DNA of 64,000 nucleotides from Escherichia coli (GTDB lineage Bacteria; Pseudomonadota; Gammaproteobacteria; Enterobacterales; Enterobacteriaceae): NCBI RefSeq assembly GCF_044324785.1, contig NZ_CP172127.1; one strand, 5' to 3'. Shown piece by piece: positions 61,011 to 64,000 of this stretch (position 1 is its first letter; each line of letters starts with the position of its first letter). The notes under the pieces were generated by a model. It saw only the letters and a program-made list of their open reading frames with translations, ran no database searches and was not told where the DNA came from. The position numbers and the translations under genes were made by a program.

Positions 61011-61670
61011 ATGGACCTGATTTATTTCCTCATCGATTTTATCCTGCACATTGACGTGCATCTGGCAGAGCTGGTCGCGGAGTACGGCGTCTGGGTTTAT
61101 GCCATTTTGTTCTTAATTTTGTTCTGTGAAACCGGTCTGGTGGTAACGCCGTTTTTACCGGGTGATTCATTGCTGTTTGTTGCCGGAGCGTTGGCATCAC
61201 TGGAAACCAACGATCTCAACGTCCATATGATGGTGGTGCTGATGCTGATCGCCGCGATTGTGGGTGACGCGGTCAATTACACTATCGGGCGGTTGTTCGG
61301 TGAAAAGTTATTCAGTAATCCCAATTCGAAAATTTTCCGTCGCAGTTATCTCGACAAAACCCATCAGTTTTATGAGAAACATGGCGGCAAAACGATTATT
61401 CTCGCCCGTTTTGTGCCGATCGTCAGAACGTTCGCGCCGTTCGTTGCGGGAATGGGCCACATGTCGTATCGTCATTTCGCCGCTTTTAACGTCATCGGCG
61501 CGTTGCTATGGGTACTGATTTTTACCTACGCGGGTTATTTCTTCGGAACGCTCCCCTTCATTCAGAGCAACCTTAAACTGATGATTGCTGGCATTATTTT
61601 TGTTTCAATATTGCCAGGTGTTTTCGAATTTATTCGCCACAAACGCGCTGCGGCACGCGCCGCAAAATAA
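61011..61670 (+). CDS. dedA: DedA-family inner membrane protein
   Basis: 219-aa polytopic ORF recognised as DedA. Confidence 0.92.
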   Translation: MDLIYFLIDFILHIDVHLAELVAEYGVWVYAILFLILFCETGLVVTPFLPGDSLLFVAGALASLETNDLNVHMMVVLMLIAAIVGDAVNYTIGRLFGEKLFSNPNSKIFRRSYLDKTHQFYEKHGGKTIILARFVPIVRTFAPFVAGMGHMSYRHFAAFNVIGALLWVLIFTYAGYFFGTLPFIQSNLKLMIAGIIFVSILPGVFEFIRHKRAAARAAK

Positions 61671-61825
61671 AAAGTAACTCCGCGGTTCGACCACTTTTTT
61701 ATCCAAAGTTTCGGGCTGTTATGTTTTAATGTGCAACATTCATGGTCTGTTGGGGGCAAAAATGGCATTATGCGTCCCCAAAGATAAAACTGGCATCGAA
61801 CCAGGTTCAGACAGAAAGGTCCCTA

Positions 61826-62740
61826 ATGAGCTGGATTGAACGAATTAAAAGCAACATTACTCCCACCCGCAAGGCGAGCATTCCTGAAGGGGTGTGGACT
61901 AAGTGTGATAGCTGCGGTCAGGTTTTATACCGCGCTGAGCTGGAACGTAATCTTGAGGTCTGTCCGAAGTGTGACCATCACATGCGTATGACAGCGCGTA
62001 ATCGCCTGCATAGCCTGTTAGATGAAGGAAGCCTTGTGGAGCTGGGTAGCGAGCTTGAGCCGAAAGATGTGCTGAAGTTTCGTGACTCCAAGAAGTATAA
62101 AGACCGTCTGGCATCTGCGCAGAAAGAAACCGGCGAAAAAGATGCGCTGGTGGTGATGAAAGGCACTCTGTATGGAATGCCGGTTGTCGCTGCGGCATTC
62201 GAGTTCGCCTTTATGGGCGGTTCAATGGGGTCTGTGGTAGGTGCACGTTTCGTGCGTGCCGTTGAGCAGGCGCTGGAAGATAACTGCCCACTGATCTGCT
62301 TCTCCGCCTCTGGTGGCGCACGTATGCAGGAAGCACTGATGTCGCTGATGCAGATGGCGAAAACCTCTGCGGCGCTGGCAAAAATGCAGGAGCGCGGCTT
62401 GCCGTACATCTCCGTGCTGACCGACCCGACCATGGGCGGTGTTTCTGCAAGTTTCGCCATGCTGGGCGATCTCAACATCGCTGAACCGAAAGCGTTAATT
62501 GGCTTTGCCGGTCCGCGTGTTATCGAACAGACCGTTCGCGAAAAACTGCCGCCAGGGTTCCAGCGCAGTGAATTCCTGATCGAGAAAGGCGCGATCGACA
62601 TGATCGTCCGTCGTCCGGAAATGCGCCTGAAACTGGCGAGCATTCTGGCGAAGTTGATGAATCTGCCAGCGCCGAATCCTGAAGCGCCGCGTGAAGGCGT
62701 AGTGGTGCCACCGGTACCGGATCAGGAACCTGAGGCCTGA
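61826..62740 (+). CDS. accD: acetyl-CoA carboxylase carboxyltransferase beta subunit
   Basis: Track ORF 61742-62740; the AccD N-terminus [10 protein letters not shown]... with zinc-finger CDSCGQ...CPKCDHH puts the start at 61826 (304 aa). Confidence 0.95.
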
Positions 62741-62748
62741 TAACTGAT

Positions 62749-62778
62749 AAGGGCAGGGCCACTGGCTCTGCCCTTTTG
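62749..62778 (+). terminator. intrinsic terminator downstream of accD
   Basis: AAGGGCAG, 11-nt loop, CTGCCCTT, followed by TTGCTATT. Confidence 0.75.
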
Positions 62779-62809
62779 CTATTCTCACCGTAACGAATCA
62801 GCGGATACC

Positions 62810-64000
62810 ATGATTATCAAACGCACTCCTCAAGCCGCGTCGCCTCTGGCTTCGTGGCTTTCTTATCTGGAAAACCTGCACAGTAAAACTATCGATCTCG
62901 GCCTTGAGCGCGTGAGCCAGGTCGCGGTGCGTCTTGGCGTTCTGAAACCAGCGCCATTTGTGTTTACTGTTGCGGGTACGAATGGCAAAGGCACCACCTG
63001 CCGTACGCTGGAGTCGATTCTGATGGCGGCAGGGTACAGAGTGGGCGTCTACAGTTCGCCGCATCTGGTGCGTTATACCGAGCGCGTACGTGTGCAGGGC
63101 CAGGAATTGCCGGAATCGGCCCACACCGCCTCTTTTGCGGAGATTGAATCGGCACGCGGTGATATTTCCCTGACCTATTTCGAGTACGGTACGCTGTCGG
63201 CGTTGTGGCTGTTCAAACAGGCACAACTTGACGTGGTGATTCTGGAAGTAGGGCTGGGCGGTCGTCTGGACGCAACCAATATTGTCGATGCCGATGTCGC
63301 GGTAGTAACCAGCATTGCGCTGGATCATACCGACTGGCTGGGGCCAGATCGCGAAAGTATTGGTCGCGAGAAAGCAGGCATCTTCCGCAGCGAAAAACCG
63401 GCAATTGTCGGTGAGCCGGAAATGCCTTCTACCATTGCTGATGTGGCGCAGGAAAAAGGTGCACTGTTACAACGTCGGGGCGTTGAGTGGAACTATTCCG
63501 TCACCGATCATGACTGGACGTTTAGCGATGCTCACGGCACGCTGGAAAATCTGCCGTTGCCGCTTGTCCCGCAACCGAATGCCGCAACGGCGCTGGCGGC
63601 ACTGCGTGCCAGCGGGCTGGAGGTCAGTGAAAATGCCATTCGCGACGGGATTGCCAGCGCAATTTTGCCGGGACGTTTCCAGATTGTGAGCGAGTCGCCA
63701 CGCGTTATTTTTGATGTCGCGCATAATCCACATGCGGCGGAATATCTCACCGGGCGTATGAAAGCGCTACCGAAAAACGGGCGCGTGCTGGCGGTTATCG
63801 GTATGCTACATGATAAAGATATTGCCGGAACTCTGGCCTGGTTGAAAAGCGTGGTTGATGACTGGTATTGTGCGCCACTGGAAGGGCCGCGCGGTGCCAC
63901 GGCAGCACAACTGCTTGAGCATTTGGGTAACGGCAAATCATTTGATAGCGTGGCGCAGGCATGGGATGCCGCAATGGCGGACGCTAAAGCGGAAGATACC
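62810..64000 (+). CDS. folC: dihydrofolate synthase / folylpolyglutamate synthase, 3' end beyond window
   Basis: ATG at 62810 opens a frame reading MIIKRTPQAASPLASWLSYLENLH... that runs stop-free to the window end (397 codons); recognised as FolC. Not in the ORF track because it is truncated. Confidence 0.93.
   Translation, partial: MIIKRTPQAASPLASWLSYLENLHSKTIDLGLERVSQVAVRLGVLKPAPFVFTVAGTNGKGTTCRTLESILMAAGYRVGVYSSPHLVRYTERVRVQGQELPESAHTASFAEIESARGDISLTYFEYGTLSALWLFKQAQLDVVILEVGLGGRLDATNIVDADVAVVTSIALDHTDWLGPDRESIGREKAGIFRSEKPAIVGEPEMPSTIADVAQEKGALLQRRGVEWNYSVTDHDWTFSDAHGTLENLPLPLVPQPNAATALAALRASGLEVSENAIRDGIASAILPGRFQIVSESPRVIFDVAHNPHAAEYLTGRMKALPKNGRVLAVIGMLHDKDIAGTLAWLKSVVDDWYCAPLEGPRGATAAQLLEHLGNGKSFDSVAQAWDAAMADAKAEDT

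Noticed and set aside
61978-62643. 221-aa minus-strand ORF, and the 176-aa minus-strand ORF at 62798-63328
   Set aside because: Antisense to accD and folC respectively; Ser/Arg/Ala-rich spurious frames.

Overview
This window reads as a syntenic stretch of Escherichia coli core chromosome, in reverse orientation relative to K-12 MG1655 numbering: (ypdE')-fryA-ypdCBA-alaC-ypdK-lpxP-yfdY-ypdI-yfdX-frc/oxc-yfdVE-evgSA-emrKY-dsdAXC-argW-yfdC-mlaA-yfdF-fadL-yfcZ-fadIJ-sixA-yfcVUSRQPO-smrB-prmB-aroC-mepA-yfcA-epmC-yfcL-mnmC-fabB-yfcJ-flk-pdxB-usg-truA-dedA-accD-folC'. I can support about 55 protein genes, one tRNA (argW), one complete 1057-bp IS903-type insertion sequence, REP elements, several intrinsic terminators and consensus-matching EvgA and FadR operator sites. 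All gene identifications are from my recollection of E. coli protein sequences and gene order applied to the supplied ORF translations; no database search was run. I do not see a convincing novel multi-gene system: every sizeable ORF maps to a known E. coli gene. The notable points are (1) the IS903 element inserted at codons 5-7 of frc with a perfect 9-bp target duplication, separating the EvgA-box promoter from the frc body and the downstream oxc-yfdV-yfdE genes; (2) an unoccupied argW integration site, with dsdC about 100 bp from the tRNA 3' end where K-12 carries the CPS-53/KpLE1 prophage; (3) an apparently intact yfc chaperone-usher fimbrial operon; (4) a G9 homopolymer and a 70-codon stop-free tail around the low-GC yfdF locus. 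No rRNA or CRISPR array is present.
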